Assembly (NCBI GenBank): GCA_963810165.1
Contig: CAWEMG010000020.1
Location: forward strand, 2,243 to 66,242
DNA from: an uncultured Gemmatimonadales bacterium
GTDB taxonomy: Bacteria > Gemmatimonadota > Gemmatimonadetes > Gemmatimonadales > GWC2-71-9
Direction of reading: 5' to 3'
Length of the DNA: 64,000 nt
Shown piece after piece: positions 50,251-61,731 of the stretch. Position 1 is the first letter of the stretch. Each line of letters begins with the position of its first letter. The position numbers were made by a program, and so were the translations under genes. The notes under the pieces were generated by a model. That model saw only the letters and a program-made list of their open reading frames with translations. It searched no databases and was not told where the DNA came from.

Positions 50251-51431
50251 GGCAAACCGTACAGATAGAGATCTCGCTGCGCCGACTCCACGGTTGCACT
50301 CGGCGGGTCGTCGGAGAAGATCACCGGGTAGACCTCGACCACGAGAGCGGTTCCCGAGGGTGAGATCTGGGGCCGGCGGAAGAGCCCAGGGCCATCGGTC
50401 GTCTCACCGCTACCCGACTGGGTATCTACGACAGGACCATCGACCGTCACATCGCTACCCGACTCGATATCTACGACATGAAGCACGCCGCCGCTGTCCC
50501 ACTGGGTCGGACCGAATGCCGGATCGACGCCGTACGTCACCCGGCCACCGACCACCACCGCCATCCGGTTTCCGACCACGTGTACATCGCGAGCCATTCC
50601 CGCGGCACCGAAGTCATGCACCACAGACACCGCGCCGGTCGACAGAGTGCGCCGGAATACCCGGGCGTCGCCACTCAGGGTGTAGTAGATCTCGTCGGCG
50701 CTCGCGCCCGCTGATACGCCCGATGCGTTTTCGGTGCCGGGAATCGGCTGTGGAGTGCTGCCGGGAACCCGCACGTCGATCGAGACCACGTCGATACCGG
50801 TGGGCAGGGTGTCCCATGCGCTGCATGTGTCACAGGTGTGCTTGTAATCCACCCGCTCACCGAGGTACAGCAGGATGTCGGGACTGAGCCAGCGCAGCTG
50901 AGACGCCCCTGAGTGCAGTGTCCCGGACGGGAGCCTGTACGGCAGCGGCTGTACACCGGTACGGGCCGCGGGGTTTACCTGAGAGCCGATCGAGATCGCC
51001 ATGCTCCTTGGCGTAATCGCGTTGATCGGAGAGCCGAACGCCACGAATGCCACGCGTCCGTCCGACGTGGGGGCGGGCGATTCGATGGCCTCGGTCGTGT
51101 CGGCGCCGATAGGCGTGAGGTCGCACGAGAGCCGCCGCTGACTCCCACCGGTTGGGGGAATCAGGGCCAGGCAAACATCGTTGTCTGGTCGTTCAAGCTG
51201 CTGGGTGGAGTAGAGGATGCCCGAGCCGTCCGGCAACCATGCGGCGCTCCGGTCAGGTCCCGGATTGACCGTCAGCCGCGCGGGAGGCCCGATCTCGAAC
51301 GGTTGGTCGGTCCCCGGCGGCGTCGCCGTGAATGGCTCGGTGTGCCCGCATCCGGGCAGGGACAGGAGAAGGAGCCAGGCGCGCAGGGGGAGGAGACCAG
51401 GTTGCACCGTCAGCGCACCGCCGTGTGTCAT
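50247..51431 (-). CDS. TolB-like beta-propeller lipoprotein
   Basis: Internal ATG 51431 of ORF 50247..51542. Signal is LLLLSLPGCG. Recurring PDGSGILYS, TSDGRVAFV and ISPSGTALVV blades. 4-nt overlap with the receptor gene. Confidence 0.45.
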   Translation of the reverse strand: MTHGGALTVQPGLLPLRAWLLLLSLPGCGHTEPFTATPPGTDQPFEIGPPARLTVNPGPDRSAAWLPDGSGILYSTQQLERPDNDVCLALIPPTGGSQRRLSCDLTPIGADTTEAIESPAPTSDGRVAFVAFGSPINAITPRSMAISIGSQVNPAARTGVQPLPYRLPSGTLHSGASQLRWLSPDILLYLGERVDYKHTCDTCSAWDTLPTGIDVVSIDVRVPGSTPQPIPGTENASGVSAGASADEIYYTLSGDARVFRRTLSTGAVSVVHDFGAAGMARDVHVVGNRMAVVVGGRVTYGVDPAFGPTQWDSGGVLHVVDIESGSDVTVDGPVVDTQSGSGETTDGPGLFRRPQISPSGTALVVEVYPVIFSDDPPSATVESAQRDLYLYGLP

Positions 51432-51682
51432 CGGTGTGTCGGAAGGGAGGACGTTCGCAGGGGGACGCCAATAGCGGGGGACTTCGCACATCGCATCCCA
51501 AAATTGTTCGATTTTGGGAAAGCTCGAATCCCGCAACCGCACAATTCCTCCTGGGCTCCGCCCGCTGGGCCATTCTCAAGAGCTTTGGGCACAACAATTT
51601 ATCGGATGTGGCTCCGTGGCACGAGCCTTCCTTAAGGGTGGCGTGAAGGCAGCGGCCGTCGCCTATATAAGGAAGAGCAGCT

Positions 51683-52930
51683 TTGGATATCCCCCGCGCT
51701 CCAGTCAACCGTAAGCCCCGACGTGTCATCTATGGTGTGGGCGTCACCGCCGCGCTGGTGATCGCTACCCTCGGCCTCAAGGGCCTCAAGCCGGCCGCCC
51801 CTCAGGTCGATCGCGCCACCATCTGGGTGGACTCGGTGCAACGCGGACCGCTCGTCCTCCAGGTCAGGGGGCCGGGTACGCTGGTGCCGGAGAGGGTGCG
51901 CTGGATCTCTGCAGTCACCGCCGGGCGAGTCGAGCAGCGTCTCGCGGAGATCGGGCAGAATGTCAAGCCGGAGACGATTCTGCTGGTCCTGAGTAATCCT
52001 GACGTTCAGCTGGAGGCGCTCGAGTCCGAGCGTCAGCTCACAGCGGCCCAGGGCGACCGGGTCAACCTGCGCACCTCACTGGAAAGCCAGCGATTGAACC
52101 AGCAGGGGGCGCTGGCCGTGGCGAAATCGGAATTCCTGGAGGCTCAGCGCAACGCGGTAGCGGCGGAGAGTCTCGCGACGAAGGAGCTGATCTCGGTAAT
52201 GGAAGCCAGCCGGGCCCGCGATCGGGTGGAGGAATTGGCCACCCGTTTCGAGGTCGAGAAGCGGCGACTGGCGGTGCTGTCGGACGCCATGAGCTCTCAG
52301 CTGGCGCTCCAGGATGCGCAAGTGGATCGGCTTCGGGCGGTGACCAACTTTCAGCGCGGACGAGTACGCTCCATGGAGGTAAAGGCCGGCGCAGCGGGAA
52401 TCCTGCAGGACCTCACACTCGAGGTCGGCCAGTGGGCCCAGCCGGGGGCCACGCTCGCCCGCATCGTGGAGCCGGGACGTCTCAAGGCGGTTCTGAGAAT
52501 TCCCGAGACCCAGGCGAAGGACGTCGTGCTCGGCCAGCCGGCCACCATCGATACCCGCAACGGGGTCGTTCAGGGCCGGGTCGCACGGATCGACCCCGCA
52601 GTACAGAACGGCACCGTAACCGTGGACATCGCGCTCCAAGGAGAGCTCCCGCGTGGAGCCCGCCCGGATCTCTCGGTGGACGGAACCATCGAGGTCGAGC
52701 GTCTCAAGGACGTGCTCCACGTGGGCCGGCCGGCCTACGGACAGGGGCAGAGCAGCGTGGGCCTGTTCCGCCTGGTCGAAGAGGGCCGCGCCGCGGTGCG
52801 CGTCAACGTGGAGCTGGGCCGCACCTCGGTCAACACGGTAGAGATCCGGGGCGGCGTCCAGCCGGGGGACAAGCTGATCATCTCGGATATGTCGCGGTGG
52901 GACGGGTACGATCGAGTGAGGGTGGAGTGA
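51683..52930 (+). CDS. HlyD-family efflux adaptor (membrane fusion protein, MacA-like)
   Basis: TTG 51683 lies 8 nt after AAGGAAG. N-terminal TM, a long coiled-coil segment (LEALESERQL...RLAVLSDAMSSQLALQDAQVDRL) and beta-barrel motifs (GATLARIV, GRVARIDP). Confidence 0.8.
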   Translation: MDIPRAPVNRKPRRVIYGVGVTAALVIATLGLKGLKPAAPQVDRATIWVDSVQRGPLVLQVRGPGTLVPERVRWISAVTAGRVEQRLAEIGQNVKPETILLVLSNPDVQLEALESERQLTAAQGDRVNLRTSLESQRLNQQGALAVAKSEFLEAQRNAVAAESLATKELISVMEASRARDRVEELATRFEVEKRRLAVLSDAMSSQLALQDAQVDRLRAVTNFQRGRVRSMEVKAGAAGILQDLTLEVGQWAQPGATLARIVEPGRLKAVLRIPETQAKDVVLGQPATIDTRNGVVQGRVARIDPAVQNGTVTVDIALQGELPRGARPDLSVDGTIEVERLKDVLHVGRPAYGQGQSSVGLFRLVEEGRAAVRVNVELGRTSVNTVEIRGGVQPGDKLIISDMSRWDGYDRVRVE

Positions 52931-52972
52931 GCCAGTCGCCAGTCGCCAGTCGCCAGTCGCTAGTTAGCCAAT
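52931..52972. repeat. GCCAGTC x4 heptamer array between adaptor and ATPase genes
   Basis: Starts immediately after TGA 52928-52930. Four perfect GCCAGTC units are followed by GCTAGTT and AGCCAAT. I found no complementary arm nearby. The complement GACTAGCGACTGGCGACC occurs at 11922-11939. Confidence 0.8.
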
Positions 52973-52989
52973 AGCCCTCAAGGAAACCC

Positions 52990-53694
52990 ATGACGTCCAC
53001 GACTCCGCTGATCCGTCTGCAAGCCATCAAGAAGGTGTTCTACACCGATGAGGTGGAGACCCATGCATTGTCCGATGTCCACCTGGAGATCCGACACGGG
53101 GAATACATCGCCATTGCGGGCCCCTCGGGATGCGGCAAGACGACGTTGCTCTCCATCCTGGGTCTGCTCGACTCCCCGACCGATGGCATCTACACGCTCG
53201 ACGAGGAGCCGGTAGCCCGGCTCACGCCATCGGAGCGCGCCCGGGTTCGGAATCGCCAGATCGGATTCATTTTCCAGGCCTTCAACCTGATCGGCGATCT
53301 CACCATTTACGAGAACGTCGAGCTGCCGCTCACTTATCGGGGACTTCCGGGGGAAGAGCGGAAGCGCCGAGTGCAGGCGGCGCTGGAGCGGGTCGGGATG
53401 TCCCACCGGATGAAGCACTTTCCCGCCCAGCTCTCGGGGGGCCAGCAGCAGCGGGTGGCCGTGGCGCGAGCGGTGGCCGGCGATCCCGCCATCCTGCTGG
53501 CCGACGAGCCGACCGGAAACCTCGATTCGACCAACGGCGAGGCGGTCATGGAGCTGCTGCGCGAGCTGCACCGCGGCGGGGCCACGATCTGTATGGTCAC
53601 CCACGATCCGCGCTACGAGCGCCACGCCGACCGGTCCATCCACCTCTTCGACGGCCGGGTCGTCGAGGAGCGGCAGCTCACGGCGGTGGGATAG
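52990..53694 (+). CDS. ABC transporter ATP-binding protein (MacB/LolD-type)
   Basis: Walker [10 protein letters not shown], signature [14 protein letters not shown], Walker [13 protein letters not shown], and VTHD. Confidence 0.9.
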   Translation: MTSTTPLIRLQAIKKVFYTDEVETHALSDVHLEIRHGEYIAIAGPSGCGKTTLLSILGLLDSPTDGIYTLDEEPVARLTPSERARVRNRQIGFIFQAFNLIGDLTIYENVELPLTYRGLPGEERKRRVQAALERVGMSHRMKHFPAQLSGGQQQRVAVARAVAGDPAILLADEPTGNLDSTNGEAVMELLRELHRGGATICMVTHDPRYERHADRSIHLFDGRVVEERQLTAVG

Positions 53695-53697
53695 TCC

Positions 53698-54408
53698 GTG
53701 CCACTAGCCATCGATCCGCTGATCCGCCTCCAGGGCATCTCCAAGATCTTCCACACGGAGGAAGTGGAGACCCATGCCCTGTCCCGCATAGATCTGGACG
53801 TCAGGGCCGGCGAGTATCTGGCCATCACCGGACCATCGGGTTGTGGCAAGACCACGCTGCTCTCCTTGTTGGGCCTGCTCGACTCGCCCAGCGAAGGATC
53901 GTACGTGCTGGCAGGCGAGCCGGTCTCCACTCTGTCCGGAGCGCAGCGGGCCCGCGTGAGAAGCCGTGCCATCGGCTTCATCTTCCAGGCTTTCAATCTC
54001 ATCGGCGATCTCACCGTGCGGCAGAACGTGGAGCTGCCGCTGAAGTACCGGGGCCTTCCGGCGGAGGAGCGCCGGGACCTGACCCACCAGGCCCTGGAGC
54101 AGGTGGGAATGCTGCACCGGCTGAATCACTATCCGGCTCAGCTCTCGGGCGGCCAGCAACAGCGGGTCGCCGTTGCCCGCGCCGTGGCGGGTAAACCATT
54201 GGTGCTTCTGGCCGACGAGCCCACCGGCAACCTCGATTCGAATAACGGAGCCATGGTCATGGACTTGCTGGCGGGGCTTCATGCCGGTGGGGCCACCATC
54301 TGCATCGTGACGCACGATCCCCGCTATGTCACGGCGGCGCAGCGCGCGGTACATCTCTTCGACGGGCGTCTGGTGTCCAACGAGCCACCTCGTCGGGAGG
54401 TGGCGTGA
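53698..54408 (+). CDS. ABC transporter ATP-binding protein, tandem paralog
   Basis: Same motifs ([34 protein letters not shown]). Roughly two thirds identical to the preceding gene by eye. Confidence 0.9.
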   Translation: MPLAIDPLIRLQGISKIFHTEEVETHALSRIDLDVRAGEYLAITGPSGCGKTTLLSLLGLLDSPSEGSYVLAGEPVSTLSGAQRARVRSRAIGFIFQAFNLIGDLTVRQNVELPLKYRGLPAEERRDLTHQALEQVGMLHRLNHYPAQLSGGQQQRVAVARAVAGKPLVLLADEPTGNLDSNNGAMVMDLLAGLHAGGATICIVTHDPRYVTAAQRAVHLFDGRLVSNEPPRREVA

Positions 54409-56831
54409 TGGGCTCGCTGATGGCGGATCTTCGATACGCGCTACGGGGGTTGGCCAGGAGCCCGGGCTTCGCGGCGGTTGCGGTTTTCACGCTGGCACTG
54501 GGTATCGGCGCCAACACGGCAATGTTCAGCGTGGTGAACCAGACGCTGCTGCGGCCACCGCCGTTCGAGGACGCGGACAGGCTGATCATGGTGTGGCAAA
54601 GCCGGCCCGCAGTCCGCCCGGAATCCGGCGTCGTATCTCGACTTCAAGGACTGGAGAGACCAGAACCAGGTCTTCGAGTCCATGACGATGTTCCGGGGTA
54701 CCGAGGTCAGCCTGTCAGGCACCGGCGGACCTCTGCGGCTTGGTGCCGCGCTGGTGACGGCCGACTTCTTCCGAACTCTCAGGGTCGCGCCGGTCCGGGG
54801 CCGGGGATTCCAGCTCGACGAGGACCAGCCGGGGCGCGATCTGGTGGCCGTACTGGGCCACAACCTCTGGCTCACCCGGTTCGGTGGCGACCCGTCGGTC
54901 ATCGGCCGCAGCATCCCCGTCGAGGGCAAGAGCTTTACGGTCGTTGGCATAGCGCCGGCCGGGTTCCGCTATCCCGACGCAAGCGGAGCTGTGGCTGCCG
55001 GTCTCTCACGACTCACCCGACATACTCGAAAGCCGGGGACTGCACGGCTATTCCGCGATCGGCCGGCTGCGCCCTCGGCTACGTTGCCGCAGGCCCGGGC
55101 CGCGTATGGCGCTCATCGGTGAACGACTTGCCGGCCAGTACCCGGAGACGAACAGCGGCACGGGCATGACGCTGGTACCACTCCACGAGGATCTCGTTCG
55201 CAACCTGCGTCCGACGCTGCTGGTGTTGCTCGGCGCGGTGGCGTTCGTGCTGCTCATAGCCACCGCCAACGTGGCGAACATGATGCTGGCGCGGGGCACG
55301 ACGCTCGCTCGCGCGAGATCGCCATCCGTACGGCGCTCGGTGCCACCGTCGGTCGTCTGGTACGGCAGCTGCTCACCGAGAGTCTGGTGCTGGCGTTCAT
55401 CGGCGGAACCCTGGGTTTGCTGGTGGCCCCTGGGGCGTCGATTTTGCTGCCCGTCTTTGGGCTCGCCGAGTGGGCTTCCGGCACAAGGGTCCGGTATCAG
55501 TGCAGCGGTGCTCGTCGTTCACACTGGTCATTTCGACGCTGATCGGGGTGCTGTTTGGCCTCATTCCTGCCCTGCGGGCCGGACGTCCCAACCTGAACGA
55601 AGCTCTGGCCGATGCAGGACGAACCACTGGCGGGAGTTCACCGTCAGCGGGTCCGGGGGCTGCTGGTCGCCGGCAGAAGTGGCGCTGTCACTGCTGCTGC
55701 TCGTCGGGAGCCGGGCCTGATGATCCGGAGCTTCGTCCGGCTTCAGGGCGTGAATCCGGGATTCAACCCCCACGGCGTACTGACTGCTGCGCTGTCGCTG
55801 CCGCCGGCCGAGATATCGCGATACCACGGCGGTCATCCGCTTCTATGAAGAGCTGGTGGGACGGATCCGCTCGCTTCCATCCGTCACGTCGGCCGCGGCG
55901 GTCAGCTATGTCCCGCTGGGCAACCAGATCGCGCGATACCGGTTCATCATCGATGGCGGCCCTGCCGAGCCGAGCCGATGGAACGCCCCGGCGCCGATCT
56001 GCTGGTGGTCACGCCCGATTACTTCAAGGTCCTGCAGATCCCCCTAATGCAGGGACGGCCCTCTCGCGTCCTCGGACCGGTGGTCTATCCCCGCCCGTCG
56101 TCTGATCAACCACACCATGGCCCGACAGTTCTGGCCCGGCGAAAGCCCGGTAGGAAACGGCTCTCGTTTGGAGACCCCGAGGACAACGCGTGGCTCGAGG
56201 TGGTCGGCGTGGTCGGCGACGTGAAATCCCGCAAACTGGGAGAAGAGACGCGGCCCCAGGTTTACGCGCCGCAGGCGCAGACCGGTACCGAGGCCATGAC
56301 CCTGGTGGTCCGCAGCTCCGGCGATCCGTTCGCCCTGGCCGGCGCGGTGGAGCGGACGGTGCTTGGTCTCGATCCGGACCAACCGATCTCAGCCGTTCAG
56401 ACACTCGACGGGGTGGTGGGCGCATCGCTCTCCGACCGAGCGGTCGAGGGCCTGGCTGCTCGGGGGGTTCGCGGCGCTCGCGCTGGTACTCGCCACCATC
56501 GGTGTGTACGGCGTGGTCGCATATGGCGTGAGCCAGCGGGTGCGGGAGATCGGCGTCCGCATGGCGCTCGGCGCAGCGACTTCCGACGTGCTGCGCCTGG
56601 TGGTGCGGCAGGGGATGCTGATGGTGGGGGTCGGAGTGCTCGTCGGTGTCGTCGGCTGCCCTGGCGCTCTCGCAGGTTCTGGCTTCGCTGCTCTATCAGG
56701 TGCAACCCACGGATCCCGCCACCCTACTCGCCGTGGCCGCGCTGGTACTGGTGGTGGCGCTGGCGGCCTGCGCCATTCCGGCACGCCGCGCTGCGCGAGT
56801 GGACCCTGTTATCGCCCTCAGGAGTGAATGA
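54405..56831 (+). pseudogene. ADOP/MacB-type FtsX-domain permease 1, heavily frameshifted
   Basis: N-terminus [38 protein letters not shown] (ORF 54405). Collinear pieces follow in ORFs 54682, 55106, 55470, 55612, 55978, 56363 and 56646..56831 (…[16 protein letters not shown]). I count at least 8 frame changes, some only tens of nt apart. Confidence 0.75.
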
Positions 56832-56832
56832 G

Positions 56833-59293
56833 ATGAGCGCTTTGCTGCAGGACCTCCGCTACGCCGTCAGGTCGCTGCTCCGGAGCCCCGGCTTCACCGC
56901 GGTAGCAGCTCTAACGCTCGCCCTCGGCATCGGGGCCAACACCGCCATCTTCAGCGTGGTGAACGCCGTGTTGCTACGGCCGTTGAGCTACCAGCAGCCG
57001 GAGCAGCTGGTCTCGCTGCGGGCCCGGCTGACATCCCGCAACGTGAACGACGTGCGAATATCGGCCCCGGAGTATGCCGACTTTCAGCGGGAGGTGCCGG
57101 CGCTGCGTGATGTCGCGGCGATCTGGCCCATCAACATCAACCTGACGGGCTCGGACCAGCCGGAACGGATCCAGGCCGCCGTGGTCAGCACCAACTATTT
57201 CGACCTGCTGGGCGTAGAGCCCCTGCTGGGCCGGGACTTCACCAAGGCCGACGATGCGGGCCGTATCGGCTACGTGGCGCTGATCTCCTGGGACCTGTGG
57301 CAGCGGCGGTTCGGTGGCGCATCCGACGTCATCGGCAAGAAGGTGCGGCTGGATGACGATCCCATGACCATCATCGGGGTCATGCCCAGAGAGTTCCGCC
57401 ACGCGGTAGAAAGCGGTGCGTCGCCGATGGAGCTGTGGGCCCCGATTGCTCTCGACAGCCCGGACACGAATTTCGTCAACGTTCGCGGAGCCCGGGTGTT
57501 CGACGTCTTCGGCCGAATGCAGCCAGGCGCCACCCTCGAGGAGCTGCGAGCCCAACTGGCGACGCTGGCCCGCAGGCTGTCAGGGCAATATCCGGCTGCA
57601 TATCCGAGCGCAGCCGGCTGGCAGCCTGACGCGGTGCCGCTTTCGGAACGGGTGGTCGGCAATGTGAGGCCGATGCTCCTGATCCTGCTGGGCGCCGTGG
57701 GCTTCGTGTTACTCATCGGATGCGCCAACGTAGCAAACCTCCTGCTGGCCCGGTCCACCACGCGAGACCGCGAGATCGCCATTCGCACGGCGCTGGGGAG
57801 CAGCCGCATTCGACTGGTGCGGCAGCTTCTCACCGAGAGTCTCGTTCTCGCCACGCTGGGTGGAGTGCTGGGTCTGATGATAGCGGTGTGGGGCACCACC
57901 GCGCTCGGGCAGCTGGCGGCGCTGTATCTGCCTCGCGCCCGTGAGATCGGCATCGATGGAACGGTCCTCGCCTTTACCGCCTTTCTCATTCTGCTGACCG
58001 GGATTCTGTTCGGGCTGCTCCCGGCATTACAGGCATCTCGTCCCGATCTGCAAACTGTGATGAAGGATGCGGGCCGGGGGGCGAGCTCCGGCGTACCCCG
58101 CGCCCGGATCCGGGCCGGGCTCGTGGTAACAGAAGTTGCCGTGTCTCTGATCCTCCTCGCCGGCGCCGGCCTCCTCCTGCGCAGCTTTCAGCGGCTCATT
58201 GCGGTCGAGCCGGGCTTCAATCCCGAAAACCTGCTGACGCTCCAGGTCTGGCTGCCCTGGCAGAACGAGCCCGAGAAGGGGCGCTACTTCACCGACGCGC
58301 AGCGTCGCGCTTTTTACGAGGCCGCCACCGCGGCAGTTCGCCGGACGCCCGGCGTTCGTGACGTGGCCATGGCGTCGAGACTCCCGTTCAGGGGTGAGAA
58401 TACCGTCACGTTCCGAATCGAGGGCGTTCCGGTCCCCGACGATCAGATACCGCCGATCGCAGAGCTCCGGTTTGTGAGCCCCAATTATTTCGAGACGATG
58501 CAGATCCCCATCATCGATGGGGCCGGCCTCTCCCGGGTGGCGGACTCGGCCTCCGCGGGCGAGGTGATGATCAACCACGCACTCAAGGAGAAGTTCTGGC
58601 CCGGCGAGAGCCCACTGGGGCAGCGGATACGGATATTCGGCCCCGACAGCCCCTGGTTCAGCGTGGTGGGAGTCGTAGGCGATGTGCGCCAGGTTTCTCC
58701 CGACCAGCCCGCGAAGCCTGAGATCTACCTCTCCAATCTGCGAAAGACCGGGACAGGAGATGGCATTTATCGTCCGCACCGTGGGACCACCGGAAGAGGC
58801 GGCAACCGCCGTCACCAGGGCCATCCGGGAGGCCGATCCTGAGCAACCCATCTTCGGCATCATGCCGATGGAAAAGCTACTCGCGAACGCGTCGGCGGAG
58901 CGCCGCTTCTCCATGTTTCTCCTGTTGCTCTTCGCCGGACTGGCGCTGGTCCTGTCCTCCGTGGGGATCTACGGCGTCATGGCCTACACGACCACGCAGC
59001 GCAGACATGAGCTGGGCATTCGCCTGGCGCTCGGCGCCAGGTCAGGCGACGTCCTGGGTTTGGTGCTGGGGCAGGGGATGCGGCTGGTGGCTGCCGGTGT
59101 GGTGCTCGGGTTGGCGGGGGCCTGGCTCCTGAGCCGGGTGGTCGCCAGCCAGCTGTACGGCATCTCGGCGCGCGATCCTCTTACCTACGCCGTGGTGGCC
59201 CTGCTGCTCGGTGGAATTGCACTGTTGGCCACCTATCTGCCGGCCCGGCGCGCTACCCGGGTCGACCCGATGCTGGCACTTCGCAGCGAATGA
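56833..59293 (+). CDS. ADOP/MacB-type FtsX-domain permease 2, one frame break
   Basis: Internal ATG 56833 of ORF 55978..58842 ([44 protein letters not shown]). After ~58745 it continues in ORF 58682..59293 (…[16 protein letters not shown]). Confidence 0.85.
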
Positions 59294-61731
59294 TGGCCGC
59301 GCTCTTTGGCGATCTCCGCTTCGCCCTGCGCCAACTGCTGCGCAATCCGGGCTTCGCCACGGCGGCGATTCTGACGATCGCGCTTGGCATCGGTGCCGTG
59401 ACCGCGACGTTCAGCGTCGTCAACGCCGCAATACTCCGAGGGCTGCCCTTCGTCGCCCCTGAACGCCTGGCGTTCATCTGGGGCACCTATGGGCCCGAGC
59501 ATGAGATCCGGGGAGCGTCATTCCTCGAGGTTCAGGACTGGGGCGCCAACAGCCGGACCTTCGAGGCCATCTCGGCTTACGGGGAGACGTCCCTCAACCT
59601 GAGCCACCGCGGTGGAATGGTGGCGCACGTCGAAGCCGAGATCGTATCGGCGAACTATTTCGACCTGCTTGGCGTCCGCGCCGGGGTAGGCCGGGTGTTC
59701 ACGGCGGAGGAAGATCGCACACCCGGCATGCACCCCGTGGCCGTGGTCAGTCACGGCCTCTGGACCGATCGGCTGGGCGGCGATCCCGGGCTGGTCGGAG
59801 GCACCCTGACACTGAATGGCTCGGTGTACACCGTGATCGGTGTCATGCCGAGGGGATTCCGCGGCCTGTCGTTCGACACCGAAGTGTGGATCCCCATGAT
59901 GATGGTCTCGGCCATACGCCCTGTTGACATCCTCAGCGAGCGCGGCGAGCGGTGGCTGGGCGCAGTGGGGCGACTCAAGCCCGGTGTCTCACGCAACGAT
60001 GCCCAGGCCGATCTCGACCGAGTCGCGGCCAGTCTGGGCGAGGCACACCCGGCCTTCAACACAGATCGAGGAGCCCGCCTCACCTCGCTGCATGACTATC
60101 ATCTGGGCAGCACTCGCACTCTGCTGCTCATTCTGTTCGCCGCGGTGGTGTTTCTCCTCCTGATCGCCTGCGTCAACGTCGCCAACCTTCAGCTGGTCAG
60201 GTCGGTCGCCAGACATCGCGAGATGGCGATACGATCTGCGCTTGGCGCCGGGCGCCCGCGGGTCGTCCGGCAGCTGGTCACCGAGGGTGTCGTGCTGGCA
60301 CTCATCGGGGCCGCGGCGGGCGTGGTTCTCGCGGTCTGGGGAATTCGAGCACTGCTGCCCCTGATTCCTGACGGAGTGCTCCCGGCGTATGCCGACGTCA
60401 CGCTGGATGGGCGCGTCCTTGCCTGCAGTCTGCTCCTGGCGGGACTGAGCGGCGTGGTCTTCGGATTGGTACCCGCGCTCAAAGCTTCGGGCATCGATCT
60501 GAGTCAATCACTGAAAGCATGGGCTCCTCCCAGCTCCCGGGACGGCGCAATCTGGCGCACCAGTCCGCAGCAGATTCTCGTGGTCTGCCAGATAGCGCTG
60601 GCGCTCGTGCTCCTTATCGGCGCCGGGCTGATGATCCGGAGCTTCCAGCAACGCATCGCGGTTGATCCCGGCTTTGTCGCGGACGGCTTGCTGTCCGCCA
60701 GACTGACTCTGCCCGAGAGCCAGTACGACGCGGGCGCCCAGGTCAGGTTCAGCGAGGCTCTGGTCGAGCGGTTAGGGGCACTTCCATCGGTGGAAGTCGC
60801 CGCGATCGGGTCCGATCTGCCTCTGCGCGGCAGCAGCAGCGCCGGCATCCTCAGAAGCGAGGACGGTGACGAGCAGGGGATCCGGTATTATCGCCACTGG
60901 GTATCACCGGAATACCTCCCCGCCCTTGGCATCACACTTCTGGCTGGCCGACCATTCACGGCGGCGGATCGGGAGGGTCAACCCGGCGTGGCTATCGTCA
61001 GTCAGGCGATGGCGCAACGAGTTTGGCCCGGAGCGGATCCGCTCGGAAAACGGATCAAGCTTTCCGCTAAAGGTGAATGGGTCACTGTGGTCGGCGTTTC
61101 GTCAGATGCCAAGTTCCGGGACCTCGCGGCAGGTCCCATCGATCTGGCGACCGGGCCGGACCTGTTCCTCCCCTTTGCGCAGTCTCCTGATCCGGGGCTC
61201 GAGATCGTGGTTCGATCCCGCAGCGACCCTGCCGCACTGGCGACCCTGATCCAGCGCGAGGTAGCAGCGATCGATCCGGGGCTGCCCGTCTTTCGAGTCG
61301 AGCCCATGTCCACGACCTTGGCGCTGCAGACCGCCAACGACCGGTTCGGGGCCTGGCTTCTCGCCTTGTTCAGTGCGCTCGCCCTCACGCTGGCCGCGGT
61401 CGGCATCTATGGCGTGCTGGCGTTCGTGGTGCGGGGGCACCGCAAGGACATTGCGATACGCATGGCCATCGGGGCCAACGCCGCGGAAGTCGTGCGTGGG
61501 GTGGTGAGGCAAGGCGTGCTACTCGCAATTGCGGGCGTGGCGCTCGGTATCGCTCTCGCACTGCTCACGACCCGGGTGCTATCGGCCCTTCTGTTTGGAG
61601 TGACAGCGACCGACCCCGTCACCTTTGGGGCCATCTCGCTTCTCATCGGTGTGGTCGCGATGTTCGCCAGCTATCTGCCGGCCCGTACGGCGGCGCGAGT
61701 TGATCCCATCACCGTCCTGCGGAACGACTGA
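59290..61731 (+). CDS. ADOP/MacB-type FtsX-domain permease 3, intact
   Basis: 813-aa ORF. N-terminus DLRFALRQLLRNPGFATAAILTIALGIGAVTATFSVVN, two FtsX-like TM blocks, C-terminal ARTAARVDPITVLRND. ATGA overlap with permease 2. Confidence 0.9.
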   Translation: MMAALFGDLRFALRQLLRNPGFATAAILTIALGIGAVTATFSVVNAAILRGLPFVAPERLAFIWGTYGPEHEIRGASFLEVQDWGANSRTFEAISAYGETSLNLSHRGGMVAHVEAEIVSANYFDLLGVRAGVGRVFTAEEDRTPGMHPVAVVSHGLWTDRLGGDPGLVGGTLTLNGSVYTVIGVMPRGFRGLSFDTEVWIPMMMVSAIRPVDILSERGERWLGAVGRLKPGVSRNDAQADLDRVAASLGEAHPAFNTDRGARLTSLHDYHLGSTRTLLLILFAAVVFLLLIACVNVANLQLVRSVARHREMAIRSALGAGRPRVVRQLVTEGVVLALIGAAAGVVLAVWGIRALLPLIPDGVLPAYADVTLDGRVLACSLLLAGLSGVVFGLVPALKASGIDLSQSLKAWAPPSSRDGAIWRTSPQQILVVCQIALALVLLIGAGLMIRSFQQRIAVDPGFVADGLLSARLTLPESQYDAGAQVRFSEALVERLGALPSVEVAAIGSDLPLRGSSSAGILRSEDGDEQGIRYYRHWVSPEYLPALGITLLAGRPFTAADREGQPGVAIVSQAMAQRVWPGADPLGKRIKLSAKGEWVTVVGVSSDAKFRDLAAGPIDLATGPDLFLPFAQSPDPGLEIVVRSRSDPAALATLIQREVAAIDPGLPVFRVEPMSTTLALQTANDRFGAWLLALFSALALTLAAVGIYGVLAFVVRGHRKDIAIRMAIGANAAEVVRGVVRQGVLLAIAGVALGIALALLTTRVLSALLFGVTATDPVTFGAISLLIGVVAMFASYLPARTAARVDPITVLRND

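Noticed and set aside
1278-56831. Frame breaks as programmed ribosomal frameshifts or recoding
   Set aside because: They are far too numerous, they occur in unrelated genes, they go in both directions, and they do not share a slippery heptamer plus downstream structure. Indels in C/G runs explain the localisable cases.
55978-58842. 954-aa ORF taken as one permease
   Set aside because: The first 285 codons are partly out-of-frame permease 1 sequence. The family N-terminal signature ([21 protein letters not shown]) begins at ATG 56833, right after the permease 1 stop.
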